A stretch of 64,000 nucleotides of DNA from Picochlorum sp. SENEW3 (lineage: Eukaryota), in NCBI GenBank assembly GCA_034226945.1, contig CP120461.1, positions 124,001-188,000 on the forward strand, in the 5' to 3' direction. Under the pieces are notes generated by a model. It searched no databases and had not been told where the DNA came from. It worked only from the letters and a program-made list of their open reading frames with translations. Shown one piece after another: positions 44,804-55,025 of this stretch; position 1 is the first letter of the stretch; each line of letters opens with the position of its first letter. The position numbers and the translations under genes were made by a program.

Positions 44804-45118
44804 TTCTGTAATAAATGGCGCTATAGAAGTATCAAAATAGTGCTTTGAGAGACATGTTCAGCGTCATCATCATTAGCAAAGAGGGATTTCTTGCGATCTT
44901 GCTTGAGAAACTTGAAAAGATTCTTCCCACTAAATGGCACATTGGACCGAAGGTGTTTGTTGACGCACTGTTGACGACTGTAGTCCATGATACCCACCAT
45001 GGGGTTTCAAATGAAGCATTCCGTTCACATTTAATGACATAAATACGTCAAACTACACCTAGACGGTAGTCCAGACGGCATCAAACTCAGTTTTTGTTAG
45101 AATCTTTCGCTCGGACGC

Positions 45119-45922
45119 ATGGCTGCGACTCAGGACGGTGGCTTTTTGGCGGTGATGAAATCACCTGGCCCTCTGAAAGAAAAGCCAAAACAATTGCAAA
45201 AAGCATATGAGAGATGGATCGGGTTCCAGCCCCCTGTTGTGGAAGGATTGGCGTCAGGTTTCTTTGGGGCCTTTCAGGGGGCCTTCCTAGGAACCCTTAT
45301 GGGCACGATGACCAAGGGTGGTTTGGAACAATCTCAAGCAACTGGTGTTGGACCAACAGCTCAAATGATGAAAATGGGCGGACCGGTGACACAGGCGAGG
45401 AACTTTGCCGTCATGACTGGAGTGAATGCAGGGATTAATGCATTCATGAGAAGGCATAGAAAAGTGGATGACATCCAGAATTCTCTTGTAGCTGCTTTTG
45501 GTTCCGGTGCATGTTTCTCTTTGGTTTCTGGGATGGGATCCCAGCCTCCTGTTCCAGGAACACCTGCACCAAACCCGCTGATGGGCGCCTTTTCTGCTGG
45601 TGTTGTATTTGCATTATTCCAGGGCGCTTTTTACAAATTGGGTGAGACTTTCTCGGGACCAAAGTCCAATGATACTGAATATGCTAGAGTAAAAGCCATG
45701 TTGACTCACTTAGGGCTTCAAAAGTATGAGAAGAATATGAAAAGGGCACAGCTTAATGATAGGACGTTGATGCTGTGGGATACCCCAGCATTGCAGGAGG
45801 CTAAAGTTCCAGCTGGCCCTCGCCTGATTATTCTCAATCATATCAACACGTATAAGGGCCGCAAGGGCTCTCTTCATGATTATTTGAACCCAAGTGTTCC
45901 AGTACAGTCTTCTTCATCTTGA
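45119..45922 (+). CDS. Tim17/22/23 (PRAT) family protein with C-terminal SAM domain (HP30/TRIC-like)
   Basis: QARNFAVMTGVNAGI, AAFGSGACFSLVSG, FALFQGAFYK and a SAM-like LGLQKYEKN...VPAGPRLIILNHI segment. Confidence 0.88.
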   Translation: MAATQDGGFLAVMKSPGPLKEKPKQLQKAYERWIGFQPPVVEGLASGFFGAFQGAFLGTLMGTMTKGGLEQSQATGVGPTAQMMKMGGPVTQARNFAVMTGVNAGINAFMRRHRKVDDIQNSLVAAFGSGACFSLVSGMGSQPPVPGTPAPNPLMGAFSAGVVFALFQGAFYKLGETFSGPKSNDTEYARVKAMLTHLGLQKYEKNMKRAQLNDRTLMLWDTPALQEAKVPAGPRLIILNHINTYKGRKGSLHDYLNPSVPVQSSSS

Positions 45923-46047
45923 GTTTATGTGTAGAATTTTGAGATTGTAAGGCTCTTGAATTGTCACAAAAATATATATACGAACATCCATGAAGAAATT
46001 GAATAAAACACAAACGAACACATAACCAACATGTGGGCTTTGAATGC

Positions 46048-47097
46048 TCAGACAACAGGAGTGGCCTCAATGATGGCTAGTTCTCCACCCGTGCGGATAA
46101 TTCTCTGCAAACTGAATCCTGACTTTTTCAAAATTGGCCTCCACTGCTTTTCTGACCTTTCTTTGCCGTTGACCAAAGAAAGCATTTGCAAGTCCAAAAA
46201 CGCCTGGATGTGGCTCAAAGGCTTTGTATCATCCAGCAACACCTCCATGATCAACACCTTGGAGCCCTGCACCCTTGATGCAGATGCATGGATCGTCTTC
46301 ATAATATCCACGCACTTGTCATCGTCCCAATCATGAAGAATATGCTTCAGCAAGTACACATCAGCTTCTGGCACCGATTGAAAAAAGTCACCTGCAACAA
46401 GTTCCACTCCTGTGTCTCCGTTCCACAAATCCTTTGCATCGTCAATCATCTTTCCTGTATCAAATACAATAGGTCTGATGGATCCATTGATCTTGCACAC
46501 ATCTTTGAGCAAATGCCCCTTTCCCCCACCAATATCAGCTACTCGAGACTCCCCCAGCCCCTTCCAGTCATAGCCATCCAACAAGAATGGAGTATTCCTC
46601 AGACTATTGTCCTGCATTACTTGGTTAAAGTTGTGCAATTCAAATGCATGCTCATTGTACCATTCCCATAGAGGTTTGTCATTACTGTACAACTCCCAAG
46701 ACGTCTTGTCTGGACTGCCAGCCTTCACAGACTCCTCCATATATGTGTACCCCAGGTACGACTCATTCATCACATGATTCACCATGGTACTCATAGATCC
46801 AGGAACAGATCGTAACATCTCCGAGCTGGCACTGTTCGACCACTTGTCTGTCTGTCTGTCCAGAGAAAACAAGCCCTGACTTTCACAGGCTTTCATCATG
46901 CGATCACACGCATCTGCTTTCATCCCCACTTTGTTCGCAATCTCAGACGATGTTATTGGGCCAAATTCATGAAGCACATCGGGCACTTTGGCTCTAACAA
47001 GAACATACATTGCTTTTGCAATGACCACTGACGTGGCAAGTTCCATGGGCTTTGGAACCAAAGAAACCTTGGGTTCCTTTGACTGAAAGAGTCCCAT
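46048..47097 (-). CDS. Class I SAM-dependent O-methyltransferase (COMT/ASMT-like, Methyltransf_2)
   Basis: Dimerisation domain; DIGGGKG, GDFF, LKHILHDWDD and GKERSE motifs. Likely start MGLFQSKE at 47097. Confidence 0.9.
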   Translation of the reverse strand: MGLFQSKEPKVSLVPKPMELATSVVIAKAMYVLVRAKVPDVLHEFGPITSSEIANKVGMKADACDRMMKACESQGLFSLDRQTDKWSNSASSEMLRSVPGSMSTMVNHVMNESYLGYTYMEESVKAGSPDKTSWELYSNDKPLWEWYNEHAFELHNFNQVMQDNSLRNTPFLLDGYDWKGLGESRVADIGGGKGHLLKDVCKINGSIRPIVFDTGKMIDDAKDLWNGDTGVELVAGDFFQSVPEADVYLLKHILHDWDDDKCVDIMKTIHASASRVQGSKVLIMEVLLDDTKPLSHIQAFLDLQMLSLVNGKERSEKQWRPILKKSGFSLQRIIRTGGELAIIEATPVV

Positions 47098-47638
47098 GGT
47101 TAATTTTTTGTTACGTATATCTATATTGGATTTGGTGCTACCTCGGTCGACATGGCAGTAGTAGTAGGGTGACAATCCGTACTGTGTCATACTTGAAGCG
47201 TCACATGCGGCGCATGTGGCAGTTCAGCACCCAACTATACACGGCCAAGCCTCGCCCTGGAGTGCACCCTACAGGCATATCGATCGAGGTCCTCGTAACA
47301 GCAGTTGTTACAGGAATTCCTTGAGGAGAAGATCGACATCATCGCGATGAATGTACAGGAATGTACATTACAATGTACCGTTGTTTGTTGGCCACACAAA
47401 TTTGATTGTCGTCACCACTGTCACTCTGATTGATGAATCTCGTCATACATGGATCCATGTCAATTATAGTTTATGAAGTTGACTAGTACAAAGCCTCTCC
47501 ATTCAAACAACGTGATTTTAGTTGTTTGAATCGTGCAACATTAATTTGAATAGTTGTATCCCTGATCAATCGATTGATCTGATCGCATTGTCCAGACATT
47601 GAATCACATATTACAAGAAAAGTGAAATCGAGTACGCA

Positions 47639-49132
47639 ATGGGACCTCCGCCTGGCGTATCAAATTCCTCTGGAGGGAATCCTACCAAAGAATCGCTCAC
47701 ACATTTTGAAAGAGAGCGTATGGAGAGGATTCGTCAGAATAAAGAGAGGATGAAACTGCTTAATCTGGAGAATATGATGCCTGTTGTGGCAGAGCAAAAG
47801 GCGCAGAAGAGGCCTGTGCAGCGCAAGGGACTAGAGGCGAAGAGGGCAAAGACACAAGAGGTGTTGCCTCGGAGACGGTCGTCGAGACTTCAAGGGGCTC
47901 CTGCGGATGGAGCTGAGATTGTGGCGGAATCAAAGGGGTCTGTGGTGGTGGGTACGTCGTCTGGAGCCGAGAAGCGGCAATTGGATGGAGGAGTATCTGT
48001 GGATGCCAGCCAGCCTGCTGAGCGTCATTCAAAAGAAGATTTGCCATTTGAGAGCGACAATGCAGAGAAGCAGGATGATGATAGTATTTTGAAAACTCTG
48101 GATCGATGTGGACGGGTGCGTCCTGGACGGGGGTCGCCAAAGAGCAATCTGTCGGCATTGACACTCAATGAGGATGATGTTGCCAAAGTGACAAAGAGTG
48201 CCTGCACGCATCTAGCATTTATGCCGTGTCCTGGAGAGCTGATACTCGCGGCAGCTGATAAGAGAGGTAATGTTGGTATTTGGAAAGTGGACGAGGAAGG
48301 AGAGGGCTTTGATGGGGTCGTGCAGTGCACCCCTCATTCTCAGTATGTGAGTGGACTGGCCTGGAGTAGCACCAGCATGGCCAGTTTGTTCACGTCATCG
48401 TACGATGGAAGCGTCAGAAAATTAGATGCTGAAAAGAAATGTTTCATATATGAATGGGGAGATGAAGATATGGAGTATTCGTCCATGGCTCTATCCCCAG
48501 CAGCAGGAGGAGACTCGTGTGTCCTTTGCCTTGGGGACAACCAAGGATGCCTGGATCGAATCGACACGAGGCAGAAGAAGAAGCGGATCGACACAGCTCC
48601 TGTAGTAATACACAACAGAAAAGTCAATACAGTCCATATGGACCCGCGTGCCGCCCATTTGATGGTGACATCGAGCACCGACTCAACTGTTGCTGTGTGG
48701 GACTTGAGGAAATTTGGGTCTCCCAAAAAGACAAAACCAGTGTGCGAAGGATCTCACAGACAAACCTGTCAGAGCGCCTACTTTTCTCCTGATGGAAGTC
48801 AGCGAATAGTAACGACGTCCTTTGACAATACCATTCGAATATGGGATGCCAAAAAAGGCATGATCGACAAGGACACCATATCCATTCGGCATGATAATCA
48901 AACAGGCAGGTGGGTCCTGCCTCTTCGAGCCGTGTGGGCCCCCGATTCGCAATCCATTCTGGTGGGCAGTATGAAGCGACATGTGGATATATTCAATGCG
49001 CATGATGGTTCGCTGCAGCATCAGCTCCAAAGTGAGTACATGACTGCAATTGCAGCAAGAAATTGCGTCCATCCGTCCATGTCTGTTGTTGCATCAGGAA
49101 CAGCCAGTGGCCGAATCCACATATACCGTTGA
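47639..49132 (+). CDS. WDR76: WD repeat protein WDR76/CMR1
   Basis: FERERMERIRQNK...RRSSRL N-terminus; AADKRGNVGIW, SSYDGS, HDNQTGRW and ASGTASGRIHIY motifs. Confidence 0.88.
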   Translation: MGPPPGVSNSSGGNPTKESLTHFERERMERIRQNKERMKLLNLENMMPVVAEQKAQKRPVQRKGLEAKRAKTQEVLPRRRSSRLQGAPADGAEIVAESKGSVVVGTSSGAEKRQLDGGVSVDASQPAERHSKEDLPFESDNAEKQDDDSILKTLDRCGRVRPGRGSPKSNLSALTLNEDDVAKVTKSACTHLAFMPCPGELILAAADKRGNVGIWKVDEEGEGFDGVVQCTPHSQYVSGLAWSSTSMASLFTSSYDGSVRKLDAEKKCFIYEWGDEDMEYSSMALSPAAGGDSCVLCLGDNQGCLDRIDTRQKKKRIDTAPVVIHNRKVNTVHMDPRAAHLMVTSSTDSTVAVWDLRKFGSPKKTKPVCEGSHRQTCQSAYFSPDGSQRIVTTSFDNTIRIWDAKKGMIDKDTISIRHDNQTGRWVLPLRAVWAPDSQSILVGSMKRHVDIFNAHDGSLQHQLQSEYMTAIAARNCVHPSMSVVASGTASGRIHIYR

Positions 49133-49228
49133 TTTCTTTGTTCTTTTCTTCATTAAAAAATTGATTTCTGAATTCCATCGGGGTATCCGTGATCAATTCT
49201 CACGTGACATCAATCAAGGAAAAACGTC

Positions 49229-50487
49229 ATGTCTGAAAATGGAGCAGCACCGGCTGGTCTGAGCAAGAGAAAGGTGCGATTTTGTACTCTTTACAGTGAT
49301 ATCAGAAGGAAAAGAAGGGGTCAAGCGGGAAATCTGTCGGTTCTCTTGGGATGATTCCAAAACGTGCCCTTGTCGTTGGTATCGCTGATATTCCCATAGA
49401 AAGCTTCATCTTCTATCTGTGATTGCTTTGTAGAGCGATGCAGCGTCTTTGGATGGAGACAGGCCAGCTATCAAAGCAAAGCCAAGGATGGAAAGGAACA
49501 GAGTCTTGGTGACTGGAGGAGCTGGGTTTGTTGGAAGCCATTTATGCGAGTATCTTGTGAAACGAGGGGATCATGTACGTATCTTTGGGTATAGTTGCAT
49601 TATTCATTGTGTAACCGATGAGAGTATGGCTCACGCAGGTTATTTGCCTGGACAACTTTTTCACTGGTAGCAAGGACAATGTTGCACACTTGCTCCCATT
49701 CTCGAATTTCGAGCTCATCAGGCATGATGTTGTGGAGCCAATACTTCTTGAGATTGATCAGGTGTATCATTTGGCCTGCCCTGCGTCTCCTGTGCACTAC
49801 AAGTATAATCCCATCAAGACCATGAAGACTGGATTCCTGGGAACAATCAATATGCTTGGGCTTGCAAAGCGTTGTAAGGGTCGATTTCTGTTGAGTTCTA
49901 CATCAGAAGTGTATGGTGACCCCTTGGAGCATCCTCAGACTGAAGAGTATTGGGGTAACGTGAATCCTATTGGGGAGCGCTCATGTTATGATGAAGGTAA
50001 GAGGGCAGCAGAGTGCATCACAATGGATTATCACAGAGAGCACGGATTGGAGGTTCGAATTGTTAGGATTTTCAATACATATGGCCCACGAATGGCCCTG
50101 GATGATGGGCGTGTCGTGTCCAATTTTGTAGCCCAGGCAATTAGAGGAGAGCCACTGACCATTTTTGGTGACGGTCAACAGACTCGTTCTTTCCAATATG
50201 TCAAAGATTTGATCCGTGGGATGGTGGCAGTCATGGATAATGATGAGCATATTGGCCCGTTCAATATTGGAAACCCAGGAGAGTTCACCATGCTTGAATT
50301 GGCAAAAATGGTGAGAGAAGTCATCAATCCCGAGGTGGAGATTTCGTTTGTCGAGAATACTGCTGATGATCCGAGCAGACGTAGACCAGATATATCTAAA
50401 GCGAAAGAGTTGTTGGGATGGGAACCAGAGGTATCTCTCAAGGAAGGACTGCTGCCCATGATTGATGATTTTAAAAAGCGACTATGA
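49229..50487 (+). CDS. UXS: UDP-glucuronate decarboxylase (UDP-xylose synthase), 3 exons
   Basis: [36 protein letters not shown] and [10 protein letters not shown] motifs. Confidence 0.96.
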
Positions 50488-50960
50488 ACTGTTCGTCGGT
50501 GGTGTTTTTGTTGATTGCCAGTGTAAACCCTAAAACCCCTACATGTCAAGGTGATTTGTCAAATTACTTGTCACAATTTCTAGAATGCCGCACCTTGCTC
50601 AAATTGTTGGATTGAATTGCCTCAGGATGCACCCATTAAAAGATATAGAAATATTTATCTGTACCAATACTGGAAGTATCGAGACTGACGAAGTTACTTT
50701 TCAATTTGCAAGAGATTCGCCTTGTAGCCGGATTTTGATATTTGCGTCATAAAGGTTCGTATTTTGGGCTGCTATGAGGGGTATATTCATTTCACATATG
50801 CATTAAAATTATTTTAATGGGTTTATTCGAGGAGAACTGTCAAATCCTTCAGTGCGTGATAATCTCTCATGCTTGACGACACATGAGATACGTCGTTGAT
50901 CCGTCTTCATTTTGCTCTGCAGCCCCTTAATTCATAATAAAAATATAATTGGTTTACATC

Positions 50961-53066
50961 ATGGTTGATGCGCAAGGGTATTTGGCGTTGGCCTATACCT
51001 TTAGTGTGTTGGTAGCTGTTGGGCTGGCAGTGTATGCCTTTGTCAAGGGGTACATGCTTCGCTCCAAGATTGGGGATACAGAAGCATTTATTACAGCAAG
51101 AGGGCAAGTTCAATGGTTCAGAATTGGATGGTCATTCTATGCTGGAGCTGTTGGTGCATGGGTTTTGACATCACCAGCAGGATATGCTAGTTATGCTGGA
51201 ATGATGGGTCTGGTGTTTTATGCGCTGGCTGCTGGATCACCATTCCTCATGATCGCCTACGCTGGAGATTCCATTAGAAATCAGTTGCCCCATGTCATGT
51301 CTCTGACCGATTTCAGTGGGTGGAGATATGGAGAGCTTCCAAAAGCATGTGTTGTCTTGGTCATATTGTTCAACATGAGTATTGCATTGTTGGCAGAGTA
51401 CTTTACCATTGGGAAAATCTTCAAGTACTTTGTCAAATCTGCACCCTACCCCATGGTTATTGTGGTCGGTATTTTGACACTTGCATACACAGCCTATGGA
51501 GGTTTGCTGGTGTCAATCTTTACAGACACCATCCAGGGTATTGCTAGTGTCTTCTTCTTCTTTATCCTGGCAATCTACATGGCAGCAACATTCAGACCTG
51601 GAGAACTGCCTCAGAATCAATGCGAAGATATTGCTGTTCCAGAGCAGAATTCGACTATGCTGTACTGCTACGATGCTCTTCCATGCAGACCATATGATGC
51701 ATTCAATTACTACCCTTGCATCTCAGGAACACCGCAGTGCTCTGCGTTTGCCGAACTTGGAAACGCAGATGGATGTCCAATTGCAGGATATTCTTCTATA
51801 TTGACAATGCCTTTGTCATTGTTTGCTGCAACTGTGTTTTCTGAAGCCATGTGGCAGAGAGCTTGGGCATCTCAAGACAAGAGAAACCTTCGCATAGGTG
51901 CTTGGGTGGGATGCGCTGGAGTGATCATCATGGTGTTCTTTGCAGGATTGACTGGTCTCTTGACAGCATGGGCAGAAAACCCATTACTCACCTATGGTCC
52001 TACAACAGAAGTCACCTACAATGGAGTCACTGTAAACGCTTCCCAGGAAGCAGAGCCTGACCTACTCCTTTTCCAAGTCTTGTACAAGGGAAAGTTTCCA
52101 GACATTCAAGGCGGGGAGTTTGCGTATGTACAGCAACTTGACCAGCCAGATTTCTCTGGAAACTTATTCAAAGCATTCCCTAGTATTCAAAACTGGATTG
52201 GTGTCATCTTGGTGGTATTGGCTGTGGTCATGAATGAAGGAGCTGTTGACTCCATTCAAAATGGTATGACTGCAGCGGTTGCCTCGTACTTTGAGCCAAT
52301 CATTAAGCAATGGAATTTATGGTGGACAAGGGGCGTTGTCGTTGTGCTTAATGCCATCTTGGTCGGTATTGGTGCTTGGTTGGCTTTGGACAATGTCAAA
52401 GTCAAAGTGATTCAGCTCTTCTTGATCACCAACCAACTCTCCATTTGCTTCTTTGCTCCAGTCCTTGTGGGGCTTAGCACGCGTTTGCACCGTTATATTG
52501 GTGGAGGATCCTTCCTCTTTTCTGGCCTCTTCTCTGTCTTCTGTCTGAGTCTCTATGGAGTGAACTATTTCTACAATACCTGTCCTCCAAGGGGACTGTC
52601 TCTGGTAAACCCAGATGAAGCAGTGAATGGTGAATGCTCACAACCACCAAGTGGCTATACTGACAATTTCACAGGAAAGAAATACAATTCTGGAAGCTTT
52701 GCTAGTGCCATGTATTACACATGGATTGGAAATGGGTATGCATGGGACTTTTTCTTGGTACCAGCATGTGTCTCTGTTGGATCCCTCCTCCTCAGTGCTT
52801 CCTTCTTTGCATTGATCAAGGATGTCAAACCAATCGCAAACAGGTTACAAGCATGGGGTATTGATCCAGATTATCCATCCTGGGGAATCAAATCCGTTGC
52901 AAACCACGGACACCTCTACGAAGAGGGGCATGCCAAACGCTTTGGCAGCAAAGTGGTGAACCGAAGCCTCAGCACCAGGGAGCAGAGCCAGGGTTTGGAT
53001 AAAGAATCTTCAGAAGAATTGGCTGATGCCAAGAGAAGTTCTGATGACACATCAGAAGCTGTTTAA
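50961..53066 (+). CDS. Sodium:solute symporter family protein (DUR3-like)
   Basis: Multiple TM helices; YTAYGGLLVSIFTDTIQG, WQRAWAS and AVDSIQN motifs. Confidence 0.82.
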   Translation: MVDAQGYLALAYTFSVLVAVGLAVYAFVKGYMLRSKIGDTEAFITARGQVQWFRIGWSFYAGAVGAWVLTSPAGYASYAGMMGLVFYALAAGSPFLMIAYAGDSIRNQLPHVMSLTDFSGWRYGELPKACVVLVILFNMSIALLAEYFTIGKIFKYFVKSAPYPMVIVVGILTLAYTAYGGLLVSIFTDTIQGIASVFFFFILAIYMAATFRPGELPQNQCEDIAVPEQNSTMLYCYDALPCRPYDAFNYYPCISGTPQCSAFAELGNADGCPIAGYSSILTMPLSLFAATVFSEAMWQRAWASQDKRNLRIGAWVGCAGVIIMVFFAGLTGLLTAWAENPLLTYGPTTEVTYNGVTVNASQEAEPDLLLFQVLYKGKFPDIQGGEFAYVQQLDQPDFSGNLFKAFPSIQNWIGVILVVLAVVMNEGAVDSIQNGMTAAVASYFEPIIKQWNLWWTRGVVVVLNAILVGIGAWLALDNVKVKVIQLFLITNQLSICFFAPVLVGLSTRLHRYIGGGSFLFSGLFSVFCLSLYGVNYFYNTCPPRGLSLVNPDEAVNGECSQPPSGYTDNFTGKKYNSGSFASAMYYTWIGNGYAWDFFLVPACVSVGSLLLSASFFALIKDVKPIANRLQAWGIDPDYPSWGIKSVANHGHLYEEGHAKRFGSKVVNRSLSTREQSQGLDKESSEELADAKRSSDDTSEAV

Positions 53067-53236
53067 CTCAACCAACCTATTACTATTCATTTTTTTCTGT
53101 GCATGATGCGTCTTGGCAAGGTCATGTAAAGCATTCATTACCCAATGGCCATGGTGGCAAATTGAAAAAAAAAATTCTCATGTGCTGTCGGATTATTCCC
53201 TCACGGTAGAAGATTTAGATTCTTTATATATTAAGA

Positions 53237-55020
53237 ATGGTTTTCTCAGGGTTTAGGCAGGGATGTCGCAGTCTGCATCGCGCTTGCGTTGGTTTCGCAT
53301 GGACCCGAGAAGCCTGCGGTATACGTGACGCCAGCCATCGTGCCTTAAGCAGCTCGCAAGCATACTCTGACGTTGTAAAACATTCATATGAAGGAATATC
53401 AGGTTGGGGTCGCGTGATTGGTGCTGCTTTTGTTGCCGGGACTGGCACAGCACTGTACTATTCAAACCTTGACAAGACACCTGCGTCATGTGGAGGTCCA
53501 GGCGTGGCAGCTGGTGCACACAGACCTGAGATGCCGACATTTTCAAAGGAAGAGGTGGCAAAGCACAAGACAAAGGATACTGGGATATGGGTGACGTACA
53601 AGGATGGAGTGTATGATGTGACAGACTGGGTTGACATTCATCCTGGGGGCGCTTCGCGATTGATGTTGGCAGCTGGCGGTCCGATCGATCCGTTCTGGGC
53701 AATGTATGCACAGCATAATACCGAGCAAGTTCAATCAATTTTGGAAGAATATCGGTTGGGTAATCTTGAGGGAGGAGGATCGGTTGCTGTGGGGAATCCA
53801 TATGAAAATGAGCCCACAGATAGACATCCATCCCTCGTGGTGCGGTCAACCACACCTATGAATTCAGAGACGCCGATGGAGCTTTTGGGAGAATCCCTCG
53901 TTACTCCAAATGATCTATTTTTTATAAGAAATCACTTGCCTGTGCCTGACATTGATGGAAAAGAGTATTCGTTTGAGGTTGAAGGGGAGGGTTTGAAAAG
54001 GCTGAGTCTGTCTCTGGATGACTTGAAGAGCAATTTTAAAAAGCATTCGATTACTGTGACAATACAGTGTACAGGGAACCGAAGGAAAGATATGATGGAT
54101 AGTACGTGTTTCATTGTACTGTATATACATGTATATTCGCGTATTTCTCATGTGCTTGATGTGTGTCATTTGTAGCTCCCTCGCCAAAGGAAATCAAGGG
54201 GCTCGAGTGGCAAGGAGCTGCCATTGGGACTGCCGTGTGGGGAGGCGTGTTGCTCCGAGATGTCTTGAAAGAGGCAGGTATCGATGAAAATGATCCAGAC
54301 ATTGAGCACATTCGATTCTATGGGCACGATGGTGATATCACAGGGTCAACATATGGGGCATCGATTCCACTAGCAAAGGCCATGGATGTCCGCGGGGATG
54401 TGCTTCTGGCATACGAGATGAACGGAAAAGAATTGACGAGAGATCATGGGTATCCTCTCCGAGTGGTTGTTCCAGGCGTTGCTGCATGTCGTAGTGTAAA
54501 ATGGCTGAAGAAGATTGAAGCAAGTAGGCACGAGAGTGAATCCTTTTGGCAGCAACGTGACTACAAGACCTTTTCTCCGAATGTGGACTGGGATACTGTC
54601 GACTGGACGTCGTCACCTGCGATACAGAGCATGCCAGTGACGTCTGCTATTACCTATCCTGCTCCTGGATTTTTTGTCGAGAGGGATGGCGATGATGACC
54701 TCACCGTGACAGTGAAGGGGTATGCATGGAGTGGAGGAGGTAATGGGATCATACGGGTCGATGTGTCCACTGATGATGGCAAAACATGGCAAGATGCGAG
54801 CCTCAAAAAAGCGCACCAACAATCTGGGAGAACCTGGGCTTGGACTCTATGGGAATGTGATGTGGAAATCCCAAAGGGGCATATTGGCCCATTGGATATT
54901 GTTGCCAAGGCCACAGACGAGAGTTGCAACACGCAACCAGAACGAGCAGAAGGTATTTGGAACTTGAGAGGGGTCGTATGCAATACGTGGCCCAGAATTC
55001 GTATCGATATTAAAGAGTAA
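53237..55020 (+). CDS. SUOX: Sulfite oxidase with cytochrome b5 domain (intron ~54103-54175)
   Basis: Presequence plus TM; b5 motifs HPGG and MYAQH; FFIRNHLPVP, QCTGNRR (Mo-ligand Cys), DHGYPLRVVVPG, SVKWL and WNLRG motifs. Confidence 0.93.
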
Positions 55021-55025
55021 GATGA

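Noticed and set aside
50525..50540. AAACCCTAAAACCCCT telomere-like motif (also AACCCTAAAA near 12951)
   Set aside because: Only 1-2 degenerate units; at most a telo-box, not a telomeric array.
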